Part shown: positions 10,019 through 19,549 of the stretch, one piece after another
Numbering within the stretch: the stretch's first letter is position 1
Layout: every line of letters starts with the position of its first letter
Origin: Bdellovibrionales bacterium
GTDB lineage: Bacteria > Bdellovibrionota > Bdellovibrionia > Bdellovibrionales > UBA1609
Reading direction: 5' to 3'
Assembly (NCBI GenBank): GCA_965237565.1
Contig: OZ250145.1
Coordinates: 62,023 to 126,022, forward strand
Length of the DNA stretch: 64,000 nucleotides
Notes under the pieces: model-generated
What the model saw: only the letters and a program-made list of their open reading frames with translations
Database searches by the model: none
What the model was told of the DNA's origin: nothing
Translations under genes and position numbers: made by a program

Positions 10019-12255
10019 AATTGCAAATCATTAGAGCAGGAGCAGGAACGGGAAAGACCACCGCATTGGTGCAAAATCTGATGAGTCGCATTCGGAATTA
10101 CTATCAAGAAAAAAACAAATTTCCAAGGGTAGCTGTTTCCACTTTCACCCGCAAGGCCACTCGTGAATTGAAGGAACGTTTGATATGGGAGGCCATCAAA
10201 TCCAAGGATAAAGAACTGATTCAGTATATGAGCCACTCTCCCCTTCTCCAAATGGCGACTCTTCATGGCATCTTCAATCGACTGTTACAAATTCATGGGC
10301 ATTTTATTGGACTCAGCCCTGGCTTCAAGATCATGGAAGAGAAAGAATCACAGCAGTTGCTCAGAGGGATTTTAAAAAAAGAAATATTGGAACACCAAAG
10401 AGGACTTCCTTTGCTGGAACATTATTCCTTTGATGAAGTCGCTTCGCTGGTAAACAAATACATCGCCTATGCAGGAGAATATCCTTCTACGCAACCGGCA
10501 AGCTCGGAGGAGCTAAAGCAGTACTGGCTTCAGGAAAAAGAGAAAGTTTTGCAAGAAAAAATGACGGATAACAAAAGAAATTCTCTATTACAAAAATTGG
10601 ATGATGAGAAAAATCTCTTTCCTCTTTTTTCCAGTTTGTCTTCTGAATTGTCCAAGTTGGCTGAAAAAGTCTGGCAAGACTGCAAGCAAGAAAAAATTGA
10701 GAGATCACAAATCACAATGAGTGATCTAGAAATATTGACTCTGGAATTGGTACAAAAGAAAAATTCACCGGCGATTTTTTCTCAGAATCAATGGGATTTT
10801 TGGTTTGTGGATGAGTACCAAGATACCAGCTTTCTGCAACAAAAAATACTGGACTTTCTAAGCCAAGACAGTTGCGTTTTTCTTGTGGGTGATCCACAAC
10901 AAAGTATTTATTATTTTCGCGGAGCAGAAGCTTCTGTCTTTTCCAAAAAAGCAAAAGATTTGCAAAATATGAAGGGAGGAAAACTAACAGAACAGAGAAA
11001 AAATTTCAGATCAGATGCTGAGTTGATTGCTTTCTTCAATAATTTTTTTCCAGAACCATTCGAGAAAATGGAAACTCCTCAAAAAACGTATGAAAAAGAA
11101 AAAGAAGTGGCTCGAATCATTTGGATTCATAATTCAGAAAAAAAAGCTGACAAAAATGAAATAGAATACGAAGAGGCCCATCATAGGGTGAAGTATTTTC
11201 TCTCCAAAGGAGTCAGAGCAGAAAATATCACCATATTAAGCCGAAGAAACAAAAAACTGCATGAATTGGCCCAGTATCTAAAAAATAAAAATATACCTGT
11301 TCAGTTGCATTCAGCCGGCAATTTTGAAAACAAAAGAGAAATCAAAGATGCTTTATTTCTACTTTATTTTTTGCTAAATCCCAACAACGATGAAAACCTC
11401 ATCGGACTTCTAAGAACTCCTTATTGCCGTATTCCAGATGAAAGCTTAGCAAAATGGGTCGAAAAAAAACAAGCTCTCAATCGATACACTCCCCTGTGGT
11501 CCATTTGTTTGAATGAGGGAAAAACACAAAACGTCATAAAGAAACTTACTGATTTTTTAGAGCAAACAAAATGGATCGGTATTACAGAAAGCTTTCAAAC
11601 TGCAATAGAATCCTTAGGCTTTATTGATTTGGCTTATTATCAAGATCCAACCGGCCTGCGGGAAGCCAATTTATGGAAACTCATTTACCAGATCAAACAA
11701 TATGAACGAATGGGATCTAGTTCTTTGTGGGCATTTGTGGATCGTTTCTCAAGACAAAATCTTGGGCTGTCAGGAGGCGAAGATGTGTATGAATCTCATC
11801 AAGTGGTCTCCGCTCTTGAAACTTCCAGTATACAGATGATGACTGTCCACGGAGCCAAAGGTTTGGAATTTGATCACGTCATTTTGCTTGGCTTATGTGA
11901 TGGCTTCAAAAAACAAGTTGGATTTCAATATTTTATAGAAGAAAAGGACAAAAAAAGATGGTCCTTATGTGTAAAATCTGATCTGCAACAAAAAAGAATC
12001 AAATCTCAATTTCATCAAAAAGCTCTGGAAAAAGAACAGGAATTGGAAATGAAAGAATCGGATCGTCTTCTCTATGTAGCCCTAACTAGGGCCAAAAAAA
12101 CTGTTACATTGGTGGGAGCTGGCAAAGCAGAAAATCACTCATGGGCAAAGCGTTTTCCCTTTTTTTCTACTCTTCAAGAGGGCTTGGTCGAAAAGGAACA
12201 GTATTCCTATTTTGTGCAAAAAATCCAATGCCTGGAAAAACTTCCCTCAAGCTAG
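9982..12255 (+). CDS. addA: AddA-like UvrD/SF1 helicase without a C-terminal nuclease domain
   Basis: AGAGTGKT, TFTRKATRELKER, VDEYQDT, VGDPQQSIYYFRGA, NFRS, MTVHGAKGLEF, RLLYVALTRAK; ends ~50 aa after motif VI. Confidence 0.85.
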   Translation: MEKYMSSHSPQLKLQIIRAGAGTGKTTALVQNLMSRIRNYYQEKNKFPRVAVSTFTRKATRELKERLIWEAIKSKDKELIQYMSHSPLLQMATLHGIFNRLLQIHGHFIGLSPGFKIMEEKESQQLLRGILKKEILEHQRGLPLLEHYSFDEVASLVNKYIAYAGEYPSTQPASSEELKQYWLQEKEKVLQEKMTDNKRNSLLQKLDDEKNLFPLFSSLSSELSKLAEKVWQDCKQEKIERSQITMSDLEILTLELVQKKNSPAIFSQNQWDFWFVDEYQDTSFLQQKILDFLSQDSCVFLVGDPQQSIYYFRGAEASVFSKKAKDLQNMKGGKLTEQRKNFRSDAELIAFFNNFFPEPFEKMETPQKTYEKEKEVARIIWIHNSEKKADKNEIEYEEAHHRVKYFLSKGVRAENITILSRRNKKLHELAQYLKNKNIPVQLHSAGNFENKREIKDALFLLYFLLNPNNDENLIGLLRTPYCRIPDESLAKWVEKKQALNRYTPLWSICLNEGKTQNVIKKLTDFLEQTKWIGITESFQTAIESLGFIDLAYYQDPTGLREANLWKLIYQIKQYERMGSSSLWAFVDRFSRQNLGLSGGEDVYESHQVVSALETSSIQMMTVHGAKGLEFDHVILLGLCDGFKKQVGFQYFIEEKDKKRWSLCVKSDLQQKRIKSQFHQKALEKEQELEMKESDRLLYVALTRAKKTVTLVGAGKAENHSWAKRFPFFSTLQEGLVEKEQYSYFVQKIQCLEKLPSS

Positions 12256-12311
12256 GCAGGGGGAAACCCTTGGCAGGAAGGAAAACTTCGGCAGGAAGGA
12301 AAACTTCGGCA
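12255..12311. repeat. Three ~18-bp tandem units, each with a mini-hairpin
   Basis: ggcagggggaaaccctt / ggcaggaaggaaaacttc / ggcaggaaggaaaacttc / ggca. Confidence 0.85.
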
Positions 12312-12438
12312 ATTTTATGAGAAATTCTTCTCTATTTTTTGCACCGTATTATTACGGAACAATTTGAACATCCTCCTTGAAAGAAAAGCCTCTCCAGTAT
12401 AAATAACTCCACAGAACTCGAAACAAAGAGCTCACCAA

Positions 12439-13353
12439 ATGAAGAAATTTTTGTGGTTGAAACTCGCTGTCCTATTGCTGACCGGTTTTTTTTCCTTGTC
12501 TGTCGCCTTGTTGTGGTTTTTCGCCACTCAACAAAATCCAACAAGCCCTTACTCTCTTTTTTTATCCTACTTTACATTCGGAGTCCTACTCAGTTCCCTA
12601 GTCTGTTTTCTGGTATTCTTATCCATTTTCTTCTATCTCAAATCGTATCTGCAAGCATCTGAATTCTTACTTGGCTCTTTTCAGCAGATGGACCGGAGAG
12701 AGAAAAAAAAAATGCTAGGCCGTTTGGCTCGCATGGACAATAAATATTTGGATCCCATTCGGAAAACAATCACTGATCAAATATTTTCAAACAATAAAGA
12801 GACAAGATCCCAGTCGCCTGCAAAAGACCCTCACTTCTCAGAGATTTTACATCAAGCCACAGAACAAAGTCATCGAATCTATCCTGATTTGCAAATAGAG
12901 GAAGAATTGAATGCAGACATTCGCTTGCCTGTTTTCTCGGAGTCTATTTTTCAATCCCTATGGGAGTTGATCAAGAACACAAATCAAGCTTTACCCGCTG
13001 GTCAAAAAAAGGGGAAATTACGAATACGCACTTTTAAACAAAGCAATTGGTTTTGTTGTGAACTCGAAGACAATGGGGAGGGGATGAAAGAAAGCGAAAT
13101 CCCCCAAGCCAGTCGACTCTACTTCTCTACAAAGGAGAATTCAGTCGGAGCGGGACTCACTTTGGTTGAATCCGTTCTTTCTCGTCTCGGAGGAATTATG
13201 AAATTGCATTCTTCTGATGGGAAAGGTTTTTTGGTGTCCTTGCTCATCCCCTTGGACTACATAGACCATGTACAAAATCTCAAACACTCTGGAAGAAAAA
13301 GAAATCAGGTCCCCCCTAGCCATCCTGAACTCGCGGAGGCGAACAATCATTGA
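12439..13353 (+). CDS. Membrane sensor-kinase-like protein (2 TM + HATPase_c) lacking the H-box histidine
   Basis: N box ELIKN, G1 EDNGEGM, F box YFSTK, G2 GAGL. The DHp-like segment EKKKMLGRLARMDNKYLDPI has no His. Confidence 0.8.
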   Translation: MKKFLWLKLAVLLLTGFFSLSVALLWFFATQQNPTSPYSLFLSYFTFGVLLSSLVCFLVFLSIFFYLKSYLQASEFLLGSFQQMDRREKKKMLGRLARMDNKYLDPIRKTITDQIFSNNKETRSQSPAKDPHFSEILHQATEQSHRIYPDLQIEEELNADIRLPVFSESIFQSLWELIKNTNQALPAGQKKGKLRIRTFKQSNWFCCELEDNGEGMKESEIPQASRLYFSTKENSVGAGLTLVESVLSRLGGIMKLHSSDGKGFLVSLLIPLDYIDHVQNLKHSGRKRNQVPPSHPELAEANNH

Positions 13354-14345
13354 ATCAACTATCTGATTGGATTCGCCAATTAAAAGAAGAAAATTCTTTC
13401 CACTCCTCTATTGAGTTTTTTGTCAAAAAAGCCAATTTTCCTGTTCTCTACTTGGAATACCAAGAAGACAAGGCTTGCCTGCATCTTAAGTATGAAAATT
13501 GTCTTCAGTCTCAAAATTTTCAATCCGCTCCTATTTACATGTCAGATCCTCTTTTTTATTCAGCAAAACTATACAAATCAAAAGCTCTGCCAGTCTTCCA
13601 TAATCGCATTCAAGAGTGGCTGGGACAAAAAGATTATGAGATTCATATTATCGCCTTCAATCATCAAGTGATCTCCCTATTCGTGTATCTTCCAAAAAGT
13701 CCTTTCATAAAAGAGCAATTTTTCATTTTAAATAATCATGTGAAAAATTTTTTGTGGCGAAAAAAATGGAAAGATGAGAACCAGCTAGACGAATTGACAT
13801 CCTATCTAAATCAAAAATCATTTTTGAAACAATTATTTATTGAACTTTCTAGAGCCAGGAGACTGTCTTTGCCTGTAAGCCTTTTGCTTATGGAAATTGA
13901 TCAATTTAAAACTCTGCAATCCATCTACGGAGCTCATCAAACAGATCTTCTGATGAAGGCCTTGTCCAAAAACCTTCGGATGGACACCAGAACCTATGAC
14001 ATCATGGGAGCTTGGCCGGAAGGGCAATTGGCTATGATTTTACCTCATACATCCGAGAGAAGCGCCGGAACGAAGGCAGAAAAAATTCGATGGATGGTTC
14101 GATCATCTGATTTTTCAGAAATCTTTCCTTCTCAACATCGCTTGACCATCAGTTTGGGTTTGGCTGAATACCCAAAAGTGAGCCGTTCCGCAGAGAGCCT
14201 TTTTCAGTCGGCTCGAAAAGCTCTCCTCTTTGCTAAGGAAACCAACGAGGGCAACATGACAGCCGTGGCCACTTCCCCCAAGAAGTTTAAACCTGATTTT
14301 TCGGTCTTAAATGATCCTCTGAATCAGCTACGGGACCTTACGTAA
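13350..14345 (+). CDS. Degenerate GGDEF-domain protein (CdgA-like c-di-GMP receptor candidate)
   Basis: DELTSYLN, LLMEIDQFK, RTYD I-site, A-site reads PEGQL instead of GGDEF, LTISLGLAEYP. Confidence 0.85.
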   Translation: MNQLSDWIRQLKEENSFHSSIEFFVKKANFPVLYLEYQEDKACLHLKYENCLQSQNFQSAPIYMSDPLFYSAKLYKSKALPVFHNRIQEWLGQKDYEIHIIAFNHQVISLFVYLPKSPFIKEQFFILNNHVKNFLWRKKWKDENQLDELTSYLNQKSFLKQLFIELSRARRLSLPVSLLLMEIDQFKTLQSIYGAHQTDLLMKALSKNLRMDTRTYDIMGAWPEGQLAMILPHTSERSAGTKAEKIRWMVRSSDFSEIFPSQHRLTISLGLAEYPKVSRSAESLFQSARKALLFAKETNEGNMTAVATSPKKFKPDFSVLNDPLNQLRDLT

Positions 14346-15512
14346 ATGAAAGCCCATCTCGAAAGCAATCTCTCCTCCCTACGTAAAAATATTCAAACTC
14401 TTTGTCGACTCAATGGAAAAGATAGTTTTTTTTGTCCAATGATAAAAGCCAATGCCTACGGCCACGGAGTTTTCAAAATAGCAGAAATGATTCAATCGCT
14501 AGGCATAAAAAAAGTAGGGGTGATTTCGATAGAAGAAGCTTTGCAATTAAAAGAATTTACAGATCAGTTAGAAATCTATATTTTTGGACCTTTTCAAAAT
14601 GAAACAAGTATCCAGATTTTGCAGTCCTACTCATTCATTCCTGTGATCGGACAATGGGAAGATTTAAAAAATTTATCCCGACTGCAAAAAAAATCAATCC
14701 CCTTTCATTTAAAATTTAACACAGGCATGAACCGCATTGGATTCCAAGCCAAGGAAGCACAGAAGGTGGCAGATTATGTGAAAAAGCATTCGCATTTGCA
14801 AGTAAAAGGCATCTCCTCGCACCTAAGCGAAGGAGAAGTGGGAGGCTCTACAGAAAACAACCAGACAAGAAAACAAATCAATTTGTTTAAAAAAATATAC
14901 AAATTCTTCCAATCCTCCTTCCCTGAACAATCGCTGGAATCCCACTTGTTAAACAGTGCGGGCTGGTGGTCTTTATGGAGCCACTCTCAGTTCGATCCCC
15001 TTCTTGGTTTTCGGCCAGGGATTTGCCTTTACGGACTAAAACCTCCAGTGATTTTTGATTCAAAAATTGCCGAACAAAAATATCATTCTGCAAAGTTGGA
15101 GACTGTTGCTCGCTTGAAGGCATTCATCATTCAATGCCATGAACTCTCTAGTGGCGAAGGAGTGTCTTACGGAAGAACTTGGATCGCAGACCAACCCTCA
15201 CTCGTAGCTACTGTTTCTATGGGCTATGCTGACGGTTTGCTCTACAGATTATCCAACAAGGGACATGTGCTATTTAGGGAAAAAAAAGTTCCCATTGTGG
15301 GAAGCATTTGTATGGATTTTTTTATGATAGATGCTACGGAAGCTTGGGATGGGAAAGCTATCTGCAAAGGAGAGGAAGTGGTGATTTTTGGCCAGCAAGG
15401 AAATCATTTTCTCTCAGTAGAAGAACAAGCAAAAAATGCTGGCTCTCTCTCTTACGAATTGTTGAGTGGATTAGGAAATAGAGTAGAGAGAGTGTATACA
15501 AATTCTCATTAG
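14346..15512 (+). CDS. alr: Alanine racemase
   Basis: IKANAYGHG (PLP lysine), HLKFNTGMNRIG, VSYG, GYADG, VGSICMD. Confidence 0.97.
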   Translation: MKAHLESNLSSLRKNIQTLCRLNGKDSFFCPMIKANAYGHGVFKIAEMIQSLGIKKVGVISIEEALQLKEFTDQLEIYIFGPFQNETSIQILQSYSFIPVIGQWEDLKNLSRLQKKSIPFHLKFNTGMNRIGFQAKEAQKVADYVKKHSHLQVKGISSHLSEGEVGGSTENNQTRKQINLFKKIYKFFQSSFPEQSLESHLLNSAGWWSLWSHSQFDPLLGFRPGICLYGLKPPVIFDSKIAEQKYHSAKLETVARLKAFIIQCHELSSGEGVSYGRTWIADQPSLVATVSMGYADGLLYRLSNKGHVLFREKKVPIVGSICMDFFMIDATEAWDGKAICKGEEVVIFGQQGNHFLSVEEQAKNAGSLSYELLSGLGNRVERVYTNSH

Positions 15513-15528
15513 AAAATGGAGCGAAGTT

Positions 15529-17043
15529 TTGTTTAAAAATGCCTTGGTAAGTGTTGCTAATAAAGAAGGTTTGGTGGATTTTATTCGTCCGCTTTCCAAG
15601 CAAGGTATGCGAGTGGTCTCAACAGGAGGAACGGCTTCCTTGTTGAAAAAAGCCGGCATCCCTGTCACAGAAGTGAAGGAACAGACTGGTTTTGCAGAAG
15701 TCATGGACGGACGAGTGAAATCTTTGCACCCCTATATTCACATGCCTCTTTTGGCTAGGAAATCCAATCAGAGTGATCAACAAATTTTGGAAAAAGCAAA
15801 ACTTTCTCCCTTTGATTTGTTGGTCTGTAATTTATATCCCTTTGAAGAAAAGATGCGATCCGAAGAGAAAAATTTAGTGGAATGGATTGACGTGGGTGGT
15901 TCCTCTTTGTTGCGAGCAGGGGCCAAAAATTTTGAGCAAGTATGTGTTTTGTGTGATCCCACTGATTACCCATCTGTTCTGAATGCGAAAACAGTTCCTC
16001 AGTTGGAGGAAAGAAAAAGACTGGCCGGCAAAGCCTTTTCGCTTTTGGCCCGCTACGATACCTGTGTAGCCAGTTGGATGGGAAAAAGTTGGAAAGAAAA
16101 TGGAGACCTGTGCCTTCTCGCTAGCTTTTCTCAGTCCTTGCGCTATGGGGAAAATCCTGATCAAAAATCAGCTTGGTTTCAACTCAATCATTCTGGCATT
16201 CACCAAGCTCATTGCTTGCAAGGAAAAAAACTTTCTCTGAACAATGTTCGTGATCTAGATTCAGCGGTTTTACTCATCAGAAAATTTACGGAACCAGCCT
16301 GTGCGATCATCAAGCATAGCAATCCTTGCGGACTGGCTCAGGCAAAGGATTTGGAATCAGCCGTTGACCGAGCTCTAAAGGCTGATCCTGTGAGTGCGTT
16401 TGGAGGCATTGTAGCTGTGAATCATGAGATAGATTCTGACACCGCAAAACGACTTTCTTCCCTTTTTCTAGAAGCTATTATTTCCCCTTGCTACTCCTCA
16501 TCTGCCTTGGAAATTTTTCGATCAAAGAAAAATCTTCATGTAATACAGTGGCCCGAAATGCTTCATCCATCCAACAACTCAATGAAAGTGCAATCAGTGG
16601 ATGGGGGGCTCTTGGTGCAAGAAGAACAAAAACTCGTTGATAGCTGGCAAAATAGTTGGAAACAAATAGGGCAAAAGCCCACCGCTTCCATTCAATCGGA
16701 CTTACTAATGGCTTGGAAAGTATGTGCACATCTCAAAAGCAATGCGATTGCTTTGGTGGCTCAACAACAAACTCTTGGTCTGAGCATGGGACAGGTTAGC
16801 CGTGTTTCTGCTGTGGAATCATCCATCAAAAACTGGAAATTATTTCATCCCCAAGCTCCCATACCTGTTCTAGCAAGCGACGGATTTTTCCCCTTTCCAG
16901 ATGCGATTCAAATAGCAGAAAAATCTGGTATCAAATGGATCATTCAACCGGGAGGATCCATTAGAGATGAAGAAATCACTTCCACAGCTCAAAATTTATC
17001 AATCAATATGATTTTTACTGGACAGAGATGTTTTTTACACTGA
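15529..17043 (+). CDS. purH: AICAR transformylase/IMP cyclohydrolase
   Basis: ALVSVANKEG, STGGT, GRVKSLHP, LRYGENPDQ, KHSNPCG, ASDGFFPF, QPGGSIRD. Confidence 0.97.
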   Translation: MFKNALVSVANKEGLVDFIRPLSKQGMRVVSTGGTASLLKKAGIPVTEVKEQTGFAEVMDGRVKSLHPYIHMPLLARKSNQSDQQILEKAKLSPFDLLVCNLYPFEEKMRSEEKNLVEWIDVGGSSLLRAGAKNFEQVCVLCDPTDYPSVLNAKTVPQLEERKRLAGKAFSLLARYDTCVASWMGKSWKENGDLCLLASFSQSLRYGENPDQKSAWFQLNHSGIHQAHCLQGKKLSLNNVRDLDSAVLLIRKFTEPACAIIKHSNPCGLAQAKDLESAVDRALKADPVSAFGGIVAVNHEIDSDTAKRLSSLFLEAIISPCYSSSALEIFRSKKNLHVIQWPEMLHPSNNSMKVQSVDGGLLVQEEQKLVDSWQNSWKQIGQKPTASIQSDLLMAWKVCAHLKSNAIALVAQQQTLGLSMGQVSRVSAVESSIKNWKLFHPQAPIPVLASDGFFPFPDAIQIAEKSGIKWIIQPGGSIRDEEITSTAQNLSINMIFTGQRCFLH

Positions 17044-17086
17044 TTGTCAAAATGACAACAATACCTGAAATGAGGACAATAACATC

Positions 17087-18850
17087 ATGACATCCCTTCC
17101 TTCATCTGAGAATAGACGATTCTTGATAAGGCATTGTGATTTTATCATCGGCCCGATGAGCGAGTCGGAGATAAGGACTGAACTAAAAGAAGGACGTTTT
17201 TCTCACTTTACAATGGCTTGCTTGCCTTACCAAGAGTGTTGGCTTTTTCTCGCAAACTACCCAGAATTTTCCGAGATAGATACAGAAAAAATAAAAGATC
17301 TTCCCAATAAGGAAGCCCCTAGTAGTAAAATAACCACTACACCCCAAACAGTCTCTGCGTACCAGACTGTGACTCTCTCCAAAGACTCCATTGACAGTCT
17401 TCTGGGAGAAACAACACGCAAAGTTCTAAGAAACAAAACCATCACGGAAGAACTCATTTCATCTGGAGAGGTGCAAGAACTACCTTATACCCATATAGAG
17501 GGAAAATCGATACCTTCTGGATCGCCAAAGATAGAAGAGAAAACTCAGAAATGGACATCCCTAGCAGGGATTCTCATTGGAATTTTGGTCGCTGCCGGAA
17601 TCTTGCTAAAATTTTTCTCCGACCAAACTCCGATTCTTGAAAGAAAATTTCTCACCCAAGTGGGTCTCAATTATTTTCGATCTGGAATGTATGAACATGC
17701 GATTCAAAAATTCAAGGAGGTCCAAAAAAAAAGTCAATTGAACAAAGAAAGCTTATTTTTGTTCCGAATATCCCAACTCCAACTACACGGAGATATCTAT
17801 GAAGGACAAAAAATTCTAGAATCTGATTCCGCCAAAGATCTAAGCCCTGACATAACGAAAATGATCGAAAACTTAATAAAAATAAAAACAGGTGACCTAG
17901 GTGAAGTTGCGGATTCCTTTAGTGAGATAGCAAAAATGAGTAAGACAACAGATGTAAAACTTGCAGCTCTAGCCAATCTAGTATTGCTGTCTGCCCGAAA
18001 CGGCGAGTGTAGGAAATTGGATCGCTACAGACAAGAAAGCCTCTCCATTGACAAAACAAATAATCATTTGCTCAACTTCATGTTTTCCAATTGCATTTTA
18101 TTATCAAAGAAAGCCTCTAAGAAACAAATGAAGGAAGCACAAGAAATTTTAGAAACAATGAGCCAAAAATCCCAAAGCTACTACCAAGAGTCTCTATTGG
18201 GATTGGCTTATCTACATGACAAAAAGAATCAACCAGAGAAGACTCTTTCTCTGATTCAAAAATTACTAGACAGCAACCCTCGTGCTACAAACAATTACCA
18301 ATACAGTATTTTTATCGACAAACAAATTTTCTCTTGGCCTCAAATGATTCCTCTTTGCAAAAGTCTTTATAAATCTCAAGAAAACAATGGATTTTACGTC
18401 GCCCTGTATGCCTACTGTCTTGCTCACTCTGATAATCAGCAATCGGCTCTTCCCTTGATACAAAAAGCGAATGTGATCGATTCCTCAAACACCTTAATTA
18501 AAGCAACCAACTCCTTTATCAATAGCCTCCTAAACTTGACAAATGAATCCCTGCTACTTCTCTCTGATTCCATCAAATCAAACATAGGAAACCAATACCA
18601 ACTGCCCTACATTTTAGAAGCTCAGATGTGTGAAAAAAATCAAGATTGGCAATGTGCGGTTAAGAATTGGTTATTGGTCTTAAATAAAAATCCAAATTCT
18701 CTTTCTGCTCTGGGAGGCATGGCCTACTCCAAGTACCAACAGAGGCTCTATGAAGAGGCTGAAGAGTACACCCGAAGAGGAAAAAAACAGGACAGAGAAG
18801 GAAAGTATGGTCCTTTGTCATTCGTCAATCTGGAACTGGAAGTTCAATAA
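17087..18850 (+). CDS. GYF_2-like domain + TM + TPR-repeat protein
   Basis: N-terminal IIGPMSESEIRTELKEG...W; one TM LAGILIGILVAAGILL; TPR-like helices such as NPNSLSALGGMAYSKYQQRLYEEA. Confidence 0.7.
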   Translation: MTSLPSSENRRFLIRHCDFIIGPMSESEIRTELKEGRFSHFTMACLPYQECWLFLANYPEFSEIDTEKIKDLPNKEAPSSKITTTPQTVSAYQTVTLSKDSIDSLLGETTRKVLRNKTITEELISSGEVQELPYTHIEGKSIPSGSPKIEEKTQKWTSLAGILIGILVAAGILLKFFSDQTPILERKFLTQVGLNYFRSGMYEHAIQKFKEVQKKSQLNKESLFLFRISQLQLHGDIYEGQKILESDSAKDLSPDITKMIENLIKIKTGDLGEVADSFSEIAKMSKTTDVKLAALANLVLLSARNGECRKLDRYRQESLSIDKTNNHLLNFMFSNCILLSKKASKKQMKEAQEILETMSQKSQSYYQESLLGLAYLHDKKNQPEKTLSLIQKLLDSNPRATNNYQYSIFIDKQIFSWPQMIPLCKSLYKSQENNGFYVALYAYCLAHSDNQQSALPLIQKANVIDSSNTLIKATNSFINSLLNLTNESLLLLSDSIKSNIGNQYQLPYILEAQMCEKNQDWQCAVKNWLLVLNKNPNSLSALGGMAYSKYQQRLYEEAEEYTRRGKKQDREGKYGPLSFVNLELEVQ

Positions 18851-18867
18851 ATCAACGGAACGCTCTA

Positions 18868-19338
18868 TTATTTGAAATAAAATTTTAGAATTTGGTAAAT
18901 TTTCTCGCCTCGTGCTGTGTGAAGTTCAGATTTTTCACCTTTTTTCTTTCCGATCAAACTTCTAGCTAAGGGAGATCTTATCGAAATTTTTCCTTGGTTC
19001 ACATCGGATTCATCCTCTCCCACTATTTGATAACTTACTTTTTTTCCCTCATCATCTTCCAAATCAACATACGCACCAAATGTGATACGATCCGCTTTAA
19101 TTTTGGACGTATCCACCACCTCTGCATTCGCCAAAGTCTCACCAATAGAGGCAATGCGCCCTTCAATATGGCCTTGCCGTTCTTTCGCAGCGGCATAATC
19201 TGCGTTTTCACTCAGATCTCCGTGTTCACGAGCTACCTTTATAGCCGCAATAATCTTGATTCTTTCCTCTTCTACCAAATGCTTTAACTCAGCTTCTAAA
19301 AAAATCTTCCCTTGCAATGTAATGGGTTTGCGACTCAT
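18868..19338 (-). CDS. greA: Transcription elongation factor GreA
   Basis: AREHGDLSENADY, YQIVG, ISIRSPLARSLIGK. Start moved to ATG 19338 (GAGG RBS), giving 156 aa. Confidence 0.95.
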   Translation of the reverse strand: MSRKPITLQGKIFLEAELKHLVEEERIKIIAAIKVAREHGDLSENADYAAAKERQGHIEGRIASIGETLANAEVVDTSKIKADRITFGAYVDLEDDEGKKVSYQIVGEDESDVNQGKISIRSPLARSLIGKKKGEKSELHTARGEKIYQILKFYFK

Positions 19339-19549
19339 CTGATTCATCCTCGTTGAAAAAAAAGCCCACAAGATAGTATCACAAAACCACTCAAAAGGAC
19401 AATAAGCTAAAAACAATGAGTCCTTCTTTGCGAGGGATTCATCGAAAAATAATCATCTGGAGTGATTTTTACTCAACTTTTGAAGACACTTGTCGGAAAT
19501 ATCTCACCTGTTCTATAGGCAATAGCCAAGCTATCTATGAGAAATATCC

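Noticed and set aside
12255-12311. Possible CRISPR mini-array (also considered 20661-20749 and 55629-55706)
   Set aside because: Units are directly adjacent with no unique spacers, and no cas genes are in the window.
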